DNA of 63,090 bases from Craspedostauros australis (taxonomy: Eukaryota). The translations under genes were made by a program, and so were the position numbers. The stretch lies in assembly GCA_030167865.1 (NCBI GenBank), contig JALAGF010002624.1, forward strand, positions 1 to 63,090. Reading direction: 5' to 3'. The notes beneath the pieces are model-generated. The model made no database searches, was not told the origin of the DNA, and worked only from the letters and a program-made list of their open reading frames with translations. Below, piece after piece: positions 11,717 to 21,352 of this stretch (its first letter is position 1; each line of letters opens with the position of its first letter).

Positions 11717-12942
11717 GAACGCAGCAACACCCAGCTGACCGCAAAGATCGCATGTCTTCATACACAATGCCATGATATCCATGACACAACTGAGCAGCGC
11801 GTATTGTCGTGTGATGTGATGTGACACCCGAAGCATGCTTCATGCGCATCCCATTCACAGTTGGTGGAACCTCTGCATTTATGATGCGCCACCGTTTCCA
11901 AACATACCCGCAGCATCATCTTGCTTGCCCATGGGTATTATGGTACCCGCTATGAGCGGAAAACGAGGCACGATCAAAGGATTCCTGCAAAGGGCGCAGC
12001 CGACACGGTCGTTGCCATAACATCCATGTCGCTCGTTCCCATTCTTGGACACAATGCCATGTGTGCAATAACGCACAGTACCAACGGACAGATGGAAAGA
12101 ATGACACCAGTGTGTGCGATTCATCCACAAAATAGTCCCAGTATCTTCTGCATCTGTACGAACGTGACAGCCAATCAAAATCCTCACAACATGACAACAA
12201 TTTATGGCGCGGATCGAAGTTATGACAACGCGCCGCATGCATGCAATGGGCGAAGTATTGCACAACACAACTACGGGCAGATCGCGTTGTTCCATGCGCA
12301 CAACCGCGAGATCCTCGTTTGTGAATGTTGGAGGAAAGCAACATCCGCACCTCATCCAGAATCTCACAATCTCAGGTGGAACGTCCATCGCCATACGAGC
12401 AGCAACGAAGGATGATCTGGTACGTGACAGCAGCACATTCAGCAGGAGCAAGAGGAGGAGCGAAAGATGAAGAGCACAAGTGAGAGCGAAGGACTCAAAG
12501 GTTGGGTGGAAGGGGTCGGTCGATAAGGCAATGTCCTGAATGAAGAAGGCACCATGGAAGCGATGCACCAGCCCTATGCAACATTCTCCCCTCTTGCTGT
12601 ATAGCCGCGTTCGTTTGATCTCTCCGACGTGAGCACAAAATATCGTCATGCTAATCGCCGATCCGCCGTTCCATTGCCCACCATCTTCTCCATCGGCCAT
12701 TTGTTCCCTCCAACAGCTCCGATACTCGAGGAAGGATGCGATCGACTGCTGCTCGCAACAAACCAGCGGTCTCGCACACCACCGAATGCCCAAATCCATC
12801 GTTGATCTCGTCGCTCTTTCGGAGACGAAGAGCACCACCGTTGTATCCATCCATCGATGATGTTCATGCGAAGACCCGTCTCGTCGCGCATCCGTTCGTG
12901 GCTGGCACCGCATCAACACCGTGTGCAGATCTCGGAAAGAAG

Positions 12943-13737
12943 ATGACAACGGACCGGCAACAGCGTCCCGACAGTCATGGTGATTCTCACGATGCAAATC
13001 AGGCGATGATGCCACCATCCCTTCCGTCCAGCGACCATCGTCGCCATCATCAAGCCCCTTGCCAATTCTGGGAACTGCTGCAGGACTCGGCATACGTTGA
13101 GGAGCAGCAGCGGTTGCTCGATTCCATGCGCGGCATCTCCTTAGCCGCGTCACGTACAGCGATAGCATCGCCGGACAACGGCCCTCGAAGATCCCGCTCA
13201 GCACAAGGCGCCTCTCTCTCTGACACATCCCATCACATGACGCTGGCTGCTTCTCGCATGGCGCGATCGCACAGCATCGTCAGCACTTCGCGCAGCGCCG
13301 CCCGACGTCTGCATTCCACTTGCAGCGCCGCGTCGTCATCGTCGACGAAATCCACGTCATCCATATCCCGACTCTCGTCGCTGTCCACGACGGCATCCGG
13401 TGCCTCGACGTACTCCAAATCCCATCGCCTGAACATCCGCAGCTCGCAGCACACCTACCAAGCCATCGCCGATGGCACAGCCACGCTGGCATCCTGCAGC
13501 AACTGCGCCACCATACTGCAAATCCCCAACGACGCCAAGATCCTCTACTGCGTGCAGTGCGAACAGCTAACTATGCTGGATGCTTCACGTGATGGACGTT
13601 CAGGCAATCACCAACCGGGCAGTGCGGGACAGCTTGCTGATCGTGTTGTCGCCAACGCTGTACAACGACAGGAGATCGACGTGGCGGTTGCCCGCAAGAC
13701 AGCACGGATGATGCAACAGCGAGATGGGCATCCATGA
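12943..13737 (+). CDS. Ser-rich protein with a C-terminal CxxC...CxxC zinc ribbon
   Basis: First ATG in ORF 12736..13737 is at 12943. It has a low-complexity Ser-rich middle, then CSNCATILQIPNDAKILYCVQC and a DRVVANAVQRQE helix. Codon usage is C-rich at third positions like neighbouring genes. Confidence 0.75.
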   Translation: MTTDRQQRPDSHGDSHDANQAMMPPSLPSSDHRRHHQAPCQFWELLQDSAYVEEQQRLLDSMRGISLAASRTAIASPDNGPRRSRSAQGASLSDTSHHMTLAASRMARSHSIVSTSRSAARRLHSTCSAASSSSTKSTSSISRLSSLSTTASGASTYSKSHRLNIRSSQHTYQAIADGTATLASCSNCATILQIPNDAKILYCVQCEQLTMLDASRDGRSGNHQPGSAGQLADRVVANAVQRQEIDVAVARKTARMMQQRDGHP

Positions 13738-13984
13738 AGGATGTGACGGACGTCAGCTTGGCTTTTGCGTGCAAACGGTACTATTATATTCCATAATATG
13801 GCTTTGTTAATTCACATCAATTAGTTGCACCATACTTCGTGCTCTTACTTCCGCTTCTCTCGCGTGTTATGCCAATAGCGCAACCTACGCACGCTATGCT
13901 CTGCTACGTACACGATTACTCCAACATCAATGCATCAAAATAGTCACAATGCCATCAACATGTGATACGTGGTCTATCAAGTCA

Positions 13985-15115
13985 TCACACCTTGATGCCA
14001 ACTGAGTCGATGATCTTTCCAAGCATGACCGTGTTCTTCAGCCACGGAAAGAATCGCTGGGTGGTGAACCACCCAAGGTTGAACAGCCCGTCGTCCTTTC
14101 CGAGAGCAATGAAGAACGCACTTGGGCCTACCTTGAAGCGCTTCAACTTGGACTGGAGGCGGGCATCTGTCTCAAGATTGACATCGCCAGAGGCTCCGCT
14201 TGTGACCTTCAGCGTTGCGCTCAAGTTGGCCACAATCACGTCGACGTTTGATGTGATCTGAGTCGCAGAGTTGTACAGAAGCGTGCAGCAATCGCCGATG
14301 GCAAACAACCTTCCACCGGACCCTTTGACACGGAAGTGGTCATCCACCTCGATCCAACCATCGCTGTTAATGAACTTTGGGTCCATGAACGGGTTCACAG
14401 AGTGGATTCCAGTGGCGTAAATCACCACAGACGCATCAAGCTCCATGCCGGAGCTCTTCAGCACGAGCTTCCCGCCGGCCGACTCTGTCGCCTTGTCATT
14501 GAGAATGACTTCGACGCCCTTGCGTTCCAACTTACTTCGCACCCAGTTGCTGGCTGATTTGGTAACCTCCATGCAGAGATGGGGTTTACTATGCACGAGC
14601 GTGATCTTCTTCGCCTTGCCAAGTCGCTTCTTCTGCATGTACGCCACCTCACCTGCCAGCTCGCATCCGATGATGCCGCCGCCCACGATCAACACCGAAT
14701 CGGCGTTCACCAAACGTTCGCCTTCCTCCTCCAACTGCGCCTTGCGTTCTTCGAGGGATGCAAGCCCCGAGGGTCCGCGGCCACATGCGGCCCACCGATT
14801 CGCAGCGCCCGTGGCCACCATGCACACGTCGAACTGGATGGTTGTACCATCGGCCAACTTGGCTTGGTCCGGTGTCAATGTATCGACGATGGAATGGATC
14901 AGCTGGATCCTGTGCTTGTCAGCCCATGGTTGCTGTGGATAGAGTGCCGCGTCCCGATCATCCTCGTCGAATGGTGTGCGGAATGCAAACATTGTGAGTT
15001 CGAAGTACTCCTTCGGCTCCACCACGATGATGTCCGTCGCCGAATCCTTGGCTCGCAACTTCGTGGCGCACATGATGCCGGCGACGCCACCTCCAATGAT
15101 GAGTGTCTTGGTCAT
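13985..15115 (-). CDS. AIFM2: AIFM2/AMID/FSP1-like FAD/NAD(P)H-dependent oxidoreductase (pyridine nucleotide-disulphide oxidoreductase fold)
   Basis: 376 aa with two Rossmann motifs (LIIGGGVAG; VLIVGGGIIGCELAGEV), VATG, KKITLVHS, IEVDDHFRV and LFAIGDC. Confidence 0.85.
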   Translation of the reverse strand: MTKTLIIGGGVAGIMCATKLRAKDSATDIIVVEPKEYFELTMFAFRTPFDEDDRDAALYPQQPWADKHRIQLIHSIVDTLTPDQAKLADGTTIQFDVCMVATGAANRWAACGRGPSGLASLEERKAQLEEEGERLVNADSVLIVGGGIIGCELAGEVAYMQKKRLGKAKKITLVHSKPHLCMEVTKSASNWVRSKLERKGVEVILNDKATESAGGKLVLKSSGMELDASVVIYATGIHSVNPFMDPKFINSDGWIEVDDHFRVKGSGGRLFAIGDCCTLLYNSATQITSNVDVIVANLSATLKVTSGASGDVNLETDARLQSKLKRFKVGPSAFFIALGKDDGLFNLGWFTTQRFFPWLKNTVMLGKIIDSVGIKV

Positions 15116-15725
15116 GATGCTGGGCTAATCTTGGTTGGGTTGTGCGATGGTCTTATACTTTGCAAAGTGATGCTGATGGAAATTATGAGTCTTCTACTTC
15201 ATGCAATCAACTCTAGCAAACAATGCCTGCATTTCATCATCATTCAATGAGCGGTCAGCATTGGTCTACCATACTCATGCCGTGGACACGTATGGTATAA
15301 TACGTCCATAATCTACAGGGATTTTCGAGTCGGAGACATAAAACATGAAATGCTGATTCAAAATACTTACGGTGCTATGGGGTTGGCGACTCGAGACAAC
15401 TTGGAGGCGGTTTCTTGTCGTAGCAGTTGGCGACTGCGCAACATCTCACGATCTTCTTCGAACATCATGGATTTGCAGAATGTAGAACCGCAATCGCAGC
15501 ATGAGCATTCCACTTTGTTCCCAACGAATTTTGATGTCTGGGTGGGGTCTCAAGTTCTCTCTGTTCGCCTCCTTCCAGTGTTGTGGTCGCAACGTACTTA
15601 GTTCATTCACCAAGGAAGTGCGAGCTATTACATAACATTATTTAAGCAAAGACGTTGAGCAACTCAAGTACACGGCCTATGGAAAGAGCATACGACTATT
15701 GTCACAAGCGTGCATATATCCAGGA

Positions 15726-16305
15726 TGGTCGACTACTCTGCTCTACGCAAGTTCGTGGTTGATGCACTCAGGCGCGATGCTCCCTTCGCGTCGAAGTCTG
15801 TCCCTTGTCACACATCCATTGTCTTGTCCTCGGTTGTTCGAGATGTCCGTTTCCAAATCTGCAGGCAGCCTGCGACGTGGTCACACAAGTGGGCCTGTCC
15901 TCCACGCCGCCCGTCTTGGGCTTCGAACAGATGCCGTTCGCCGAGCAGACTGAGGCGTACCATAGCTTGTGCAACTACGAGGGCACCCTGCTGTCGCCCC
16001 ACCGCGTATAACTATCTGGCGTCGTCTTCATGCAGCCCTGCACCGCGGTGATCGGGTTGTTGTTGGCAGGATCTCCACGCATGGGGTCCTTTGCCTGTAT
16101 GGCGGCCATGGCGGGTGTCAATCATTCTAATTTTGTTTTACATTGACATGGACTAGGATACGAGGATATCCTGCAAGCTCCGTTCAACATACCAGATGAA
16201 AATCAAGATGCGGTGCGGGAGCCACCCATGTGCGTGCCAGAGCAACCCATGATTGAAGCCATTCGGATTCAGGCGAGCGATGGACCACGTGCAGTGCGAG
16301 TATGA
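15726..16305 (+). pseudogene. Disrupted C-terminal remnant of a glycosyltransferase family 61 (DUF563/EOGT-like) gene
   Basis: Reading through stops in the 15805 frame gives LGFEQMPFAEQTEAYHSLCNYEGTLLSPHRV*LSGVVFMQPCTAVIGLLLAG...FACMAAMAGVNH...LH*HGLGYEDILQ...AVREPPMCVP...IEAI. This matches the GT61 pattern FE.M.F.EQ...SPHGA.L...FM.P...VIE. Stops are TAA 16009-16011 and TGA 16144-16146, with a probable frameshift near 15800. Confidence 0.7.
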
Positions 16306-16610
16306 CTAGAACTTAACAAAGTTGGAGTAGAATCTTCAGTTACCTACATATATTACCACGCAAGCACATTGCTCTGATAGAGAACTTCCGTCCACAGTTA
16401 TCAGAACGAGCATGATACTGGAATGACAGTCGCAAGCTTTCTTGCCTGCCTGCCTGCCTGCCTGCCTGCCTCATCGCATCTACTCGTAGACCGTCCAGAG
16501 CTCCCAAGAAAGATGTATCAGACTCCACAGAGAGTAATCACAGCCGTCTCCTTTCACCAAGAGCACATGCATTCGAATTCATGCCAGACAATACCGCATT
16601 GGACTACCGC

Positions 16611-17228
16611 TCAGCGCTTCTTCTTGTTCGCCCTCATCTTTTTCGAAGAGGGTCTTGATGTGGAGTTGGAGGTGTTTGTTGCAGCTTCGGCTTGAGGTGC
16701 GCCCGGTCCTTTTTCTGCAGGATTGTCGGGAACTTCAGGTTCTGGTTCTTCTTCCTCTTCCTCCTCTGGTGGACTCGAGATGTGATTCATGTAGGGCAGC
16801 ATGAAGATGGACATGAAGAGGAAGCTGCGTATCTGCCAATACAGCTCGGAATCGTACGGCGTCACCTGGCTCAGATAGGCGACCACGACGAGCGGCGGGA
16901 CCGTGGCGTATCCCAAGAGCTGATTCGACCGCGCCATCTTCATGATGTGCGGCGTCACGGGGATGCACACCATCGATAGCAGCAACCGATCGACGTTCCT
17001 CCAAACTTCGACGTTGTCTTTGGTGGGTTCGTTCAGGTAGATGTGATTGAACATGCTGCAGCCAAAGGCCGCGAGCCATGCGAAGCTGCGGATACCGAGC
17101 TCCTTGCGGTCGATAGAGAACAGCGGGATGGCGGCGCAGGTCGATGCGACGATGATGGCACGTTCCAATATTTCCGAAATCTTGGAAATGTTCTCGCCGT
17201 CGCCTTGGTCGGCACCAGATGAATCCAT
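16611..17228 (-). CDS. Small multi-pass membrane protein, CREST/HlyIII-like (SxxxH...D)
   Basis: 205 aa with about 5 hydrophobic segments, CSMFNH followed by WRNVDR, and an acidic then basic cytosolic tail. Confidence 0.75.
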   Translation of the reverse strand: MDSSGADQGDGENISKISEILERAIIVASTCAAIPLFSIDRKELGIRSFAWLAAFGCSMFNHIYLNEPTKDNVEVWRNVDRLLLSMVCIPVTPHIMKMARSNQLLGYATVPPLVVVAYLSQVTPYDSELYWQIRSFLFMSIFMLPYMNHISSPPEEEEEEEPEPEVPDNPAEKGPGAPQAEAATNTSNSTSRPSSKKMRANKKKR

Positions 17229-17823
17229 GGTGATGAGTCCTGCGTCCTGTGTCGTCGTCTATGCAGGTGAGTGAAGAAGTAATCCACTTAGGAGTGAAAT
17301 GTGGATGGACGCGTGAGCAAGTGTCGTCGGCTTGTCTCGTTGGATCTCACGAATACTGTTGTTGTAAGTGTGAGTGCTGCCCAAATGGATCGGTCTTCGA
17401 CACAGCAGGAGTGCCAACCATCCGCCATGGTCCACAGCCTTTCCCAACGCAGGGGTGGTGGTGCTTGTGTGTTCTGCTGCATTTGTTCAGGACCATCAAC
17501 TTCTCGTTGCGGTATTGGAAGTTTGGACAAAAGATCCGGCTCCGGTTCGCATCGTTGCACTGCGGTGCAGAGAATCGCCAAAAGTACATTCATAGCGTTT
17601 GTTTGATGGGTGTGACGCACGTTTGTTCTTCGCTTTCTGCAGTTCGCGTCCGAATGGCACAATGCGCGCGGAGGATTGGATGAATGTGAACAGGGGTGAT
17701 GCCTGCAACCACCACAGCGATGAGTATGTACCACCCTCTTCACCACAAGTACCAATACGAGCAGCCCCATCAACGACGCCATCAACAACACGCTCCATCG
17801 TTTCGTCAAACTTCCTCCACTGC

Positions 17824-19968
17824 ATGCGGCGGCGGTTCCAGTTTGCTCACGTCGTCCTCCTTCAGGTTCTGAATGTGCCTATCCGCATCGAGGCTTGGAC
17901 GACCTTCCGATTGCTGATACCTTCCCTGGTCGAGCCGCATCCAGAGGACGCATCTCGTGCACGAACGCTCCCGACCGCATCCGTCAGCACGGAACTCCAA
18001 TCAGATGATACGACATCCTGTACGAGCGAATCTGTCGGCAAAGAGAGGACATCGTCACGACGACAGCGGCGCAGAAGTGGCGACAAGCATCGAAGTGGAA
18101 CTGGTGAATTGATCGACGCGAAACCATCCAGCCACCTCGATGATCCATGGGAGTTGCAAAGGCGTCACATCAAGGCGATACTCCAACCATCAGTCGGTGA
18201 ACTCTCTTTCATCGCCGGTGTGACGAGTAATGACCGAAGCGGCCATCACCCATGCGCTCTATTGCGCACCGAATGGAGTTTCAATCAAAGCAATGATGCA
18301 GATTTCTCGCACAGGCTCTCCACCATCCCGGCCCATCAAATACGAATAGAAGCATTTCGATTCGACGAAGCAGAGTTGGACCATTGGACGTCACGGTACA
18401 ATAAACCAGTCGTTGTTGGACCAGTTCAGGAAACAAGGAGGGAGGATCGATTTGTGGCCGAGCTCCAGTCGGCAATCCTCAATTGGCAGTGCCTTGGGAA
18501 TTTCAAACGCAACTGCAACCATGTCGATTGGAACGAGGATCCCTTTCGTAGCTCACCCGTCGATGAGGAAATGCATGATTCAAGCTCGCCATTGCCACCA
18601 GTCCACGTATCGTTCCAAGTTTCCTTCATTCCCACCAGGCAACAACGCACCAATTCGCGGGAGCGACGATCGTCGAGGAAGCCTAGAAATCGAAAGGAGC
18701 CTCGCTCAGAGCTCCAGCATCACATTGGGAAATGGATCTCGAACGTTCTCGTGGAGCACGACTACATGTTCTTTGGATCGGACCAAGAAGATGAGAGCGC
18801 CTCGAGCAGTAGGATTCGGCGAAAGCAACGCGCACGATTCCGCAAGTGTTCTGCGAAGGAGACTCCGATGATGCATTTTTATGTTCAAGAAATTCATCCC
18901 GTTTGCGACAGAGGCAACAGCAGCAGAAACAACGATACTGCGAACACCAAAACTGCATGGGCTTTGGAGCTCATCACGCATGAACGAATCTACCCGTTAT
19001 CCGCACGGAAAATGATGAACGTGATTTCTTCGTCCACCTCCAGATCGCCAAGTGTGATGCGACAAAATGCGCAGCATCGGCAGAAGCAGCAACGAATTGA
19101 GTCATTCTTCGTCGCAAGGACAGCAGAAATCGAACGCGGGGATGTTGTCCTCGATCCCAATTGTGGTCGCGGCACGTTTCTGATCGAGGCCGCAAAGTAC
19201 TGGCCGCTGGCAACGTACCACGGCATCGACGTGAATGCAGGACATGTGGAACATGTGCGGATGAATGCCAGATCAACAAGCACCCGCATTCATGTGCAGC
19301 GAGTAGATGTTGGGAGATACTACCAGAATGCCCCCAAGCCGCAAAGGAAGGCTATCACGAAAATGTCCAAACCTTCCAACGTCGGAACGGAAACCAATCC
19401 ATCAATACAGCAACGGCCCGTGTGGGCCTTTGCCAATGGCTCTGTCGACAAGATCATGTCTCGCTTCCCCACATCCAAGCACAAAGGCACAATCTCGCCG
19501 GATGCGACAGCTTCTTTGTGGATGCAGGAGTGCTGTCGCGTCCTGCGTCCAGGCACCGGCAGAATGGTACTGCTCGTCAACACAGAAGACTTTGAGCCAT
19601 TTCTGTCGTGGATGCACGACGCAGCCATCGATACAGACGGATGTCATGTCGTTCAAGTTCGACAGCCATTTCGACAGGGTAACCAGCTCATGTATACTGT
19701 GGTACTCGCGAAGGGAGGCACAGAGCTTGGTGCAGACTTGACGCCGATTGCTCGTTTTCCATGGGAGTCTGTCCACAAAGAAATGAAGCAACGACAGTCG
19801 CAGCAAAGCGAGAGCATGGTCGAACCAGGTGGAATCAACGCGAACAGACAAGATGAGAAAGATCGCATTCAATCAGGTGTTGATTTGGTTGACAAAGGGC
19901 GGTGGTCACGAATTCGATCTCAAACATGCCCGCTGATGGTGCCGTACACATCCAAGCACTTCAATTGA
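17824..19968 (+). CDS. SAM-dependent RNA methyltransferase-like protein (UPF0020 / THUMPD-type); start may be 17662 or 17824
   Basis: Within the 789-codon ORF 17599..19968. It has GDVVLDPNCGRGTFLIEAAKYWP (motif I), YHGIDVN, FANGSVDKI and ECCRVLRPGTGRMVLL. Confidence 0.8.
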   Translation: MRRRFQFAHVVLLQVLNVPIRIEAWTTFRLLIPSLVEPHPEDASRARTLPTASVSTELQSDDTTSCTSESVGKERTSSRRQRRRSGDKHRSGTGELIDAKPSSHLDDPWELQRRHIKAILQPSVGELSFIAGVTSNDRSGHHPCALLRTEWSFNQSNDADFSHRLSTIPAHQIRIEAFRFDEAELDHWTSRYNKPVVVGPVQETRREDRFVAELQSAILNWQCLGNFKRNCNHVDWNEDPFRSSPVDEEMHDSSSPLPPVHVSFQVSFIPTRQQRTNSRERRSSRKPRNRKEPRSELQHHIGKWISNVLVEHDYMFFGSDQEDESASSSRIRRKQRARFRKCSAKETPMMHFYVQEIHPVCDRGNSSRNNDTANTKTAWALELITHERIYPLSARKMMNVISSSTSRSPSVMRQNAQHRQKQQRIESFFVARTAEIERGDVVLDPNCGRGTFLIEAAKYWPLATYHGIDVNAGHVEHVRMNARSTSTRIHVQRVDVGRYYQNAPKPQRKAITKMSKPSNVGTETNPSIQQRPVWAFANGSVDKIMSRFPTSKHKGTISPDATASLWMQECCRVLRPGTGRMVLLVNTEDFEPFLSWMHDAAIDTDGCHVVQVRQPFRQGNQLMYTVVLAKGGTELGADLTPIARFPWESVHKEMKQRQSQQSESMVEPGGINANRQDEKDRIQSGVDLVDKGRWSRIRSQTCPLMVPYTSKHFN

Positions 19969-20125
19969 ATTGAATTGATGCTACGATGTCAGCGAGGGCA
20001 ACGGACGCAGGTGATCGTGTGTTGGTGTGTTTGCCATCATGACAAATTCAAAGTCGGCACTGCACTTCGGAACACCCTGCAACACCATCCCTCATAACAC
20101 TTCCCAATGCGCCACCTCGTGACGG

Positions 20126-20577
20126 TGACGTCGTCATCAACAAGTGATTGAATGGAAGCGAAGCAAAATGAGAATGTCCGTCAGCAACCCCCTCGCCCTC
20201 TGTCTCGGATGCGGAATGGGATCGCATCACGCCGCGCCACATCATGGCATACCACGTCGCATCTCGTGCACACAGACGAGTACGTGGATCCTTGCATCGC
20301 ATGTCTGATGTCGACGTCAACAAGAACATTGCGGAAAGATACGGCACAAGATACAAACACACTTGGAATTGTGGCCAGCGAGGAGGTATTTCTGCCAACT
20401 CGTGAACAATGCATGACGTCAACTGCAGGGTCGATTATTATTGGATGATGTTATTCACGAGACATACGTCATCGCGTTAATTGTCCACGTCGTCTTTCTT
20501 TTTGTGATGACGTCTCCCAACGTTTTCATTGGATGTATCGTGTCGTTAGACGTCACAGATGACGTAGGCAATGACGT
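20126..20577. promoter_or_regulatory. Cluster of eight TGACGT/ACGTCA (CRE/bZIP/aureochrome-type) sites upstream of the cyclin gene
   Basis: Sites at 20126, 20314, 20414 (palindromic TGACGTCA), 20466, 20508, 20550, 20560 and 20572. Confidence 0.65.
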
Positions 20578-21352
20578 TTTTGTCAGAAACAGACGTTTCC
20601 TTTCCTTGTGTCAACCAAACACGGGGAAGCGAAGGCAAAGAGAGAAGCGGCGAAAGAGAACAGGTTCTGATCCGCATTGGCTGCTCGCTTGCTCGCACAG
20701 CGAGTTGTTTGGACGCACGCAGCGAAGCGGCCAGAAAGGAACAAGGAGGTATCCGCACACACGATGGTGGGCGACCAAGGACAGAGAGAGACAGACATGG
20801 AAATGGTCACCGTTTCTGCCTTCACTGGAGTTGCATTTTCGATCAAACAGCGTGTTTCGTCTTTGGCTAAACGTCGTGCAGTTGCATGTGACCGTTGCAC
20901 TTGCTCTCCGTGAGCGAAGAATCAACTGCAGCATCAGCAGAATTGTTGGCCAAGGGTGATGGCAGGAACACTGTCCACACAACCACACAGCCCAGTGATG
21001 ACGATCAACAGAACAAACACGCAAACACTCTGCGAACAACCGGACGCGCAACGTCGTGTTGATGAATGATTTGGACTGACGAGCCCCACTCTCGAGTGTC
21101 TTGATCAAGACCCATCTCATGTGATCATTCCAATCAGGCAATCGTTGCAACTCACACCAATCGCATCACAATCATAGCATCATACTGGTGCAAACCTTCG
21201 CTTCCACACTTGCCACACCGACAACAACGCGAGCCTTTTGCCTCCCTCCAGTCTTCTTCGCATCACACATGCTCATAAAATTCGAACCAACGAGCACTCA
21301 TCATCTCAAAACAACAATAACAATAACAACAGCATCAACAACAACAACGACC

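Noticed and set aside
11879-13228. 449-aa minus-strand ORF
   Set aside because: It overlaps the zinc-ribbon gene in antisense, starts at a non-ATG codon, and has Arg/Cys-rich random-looking composition.
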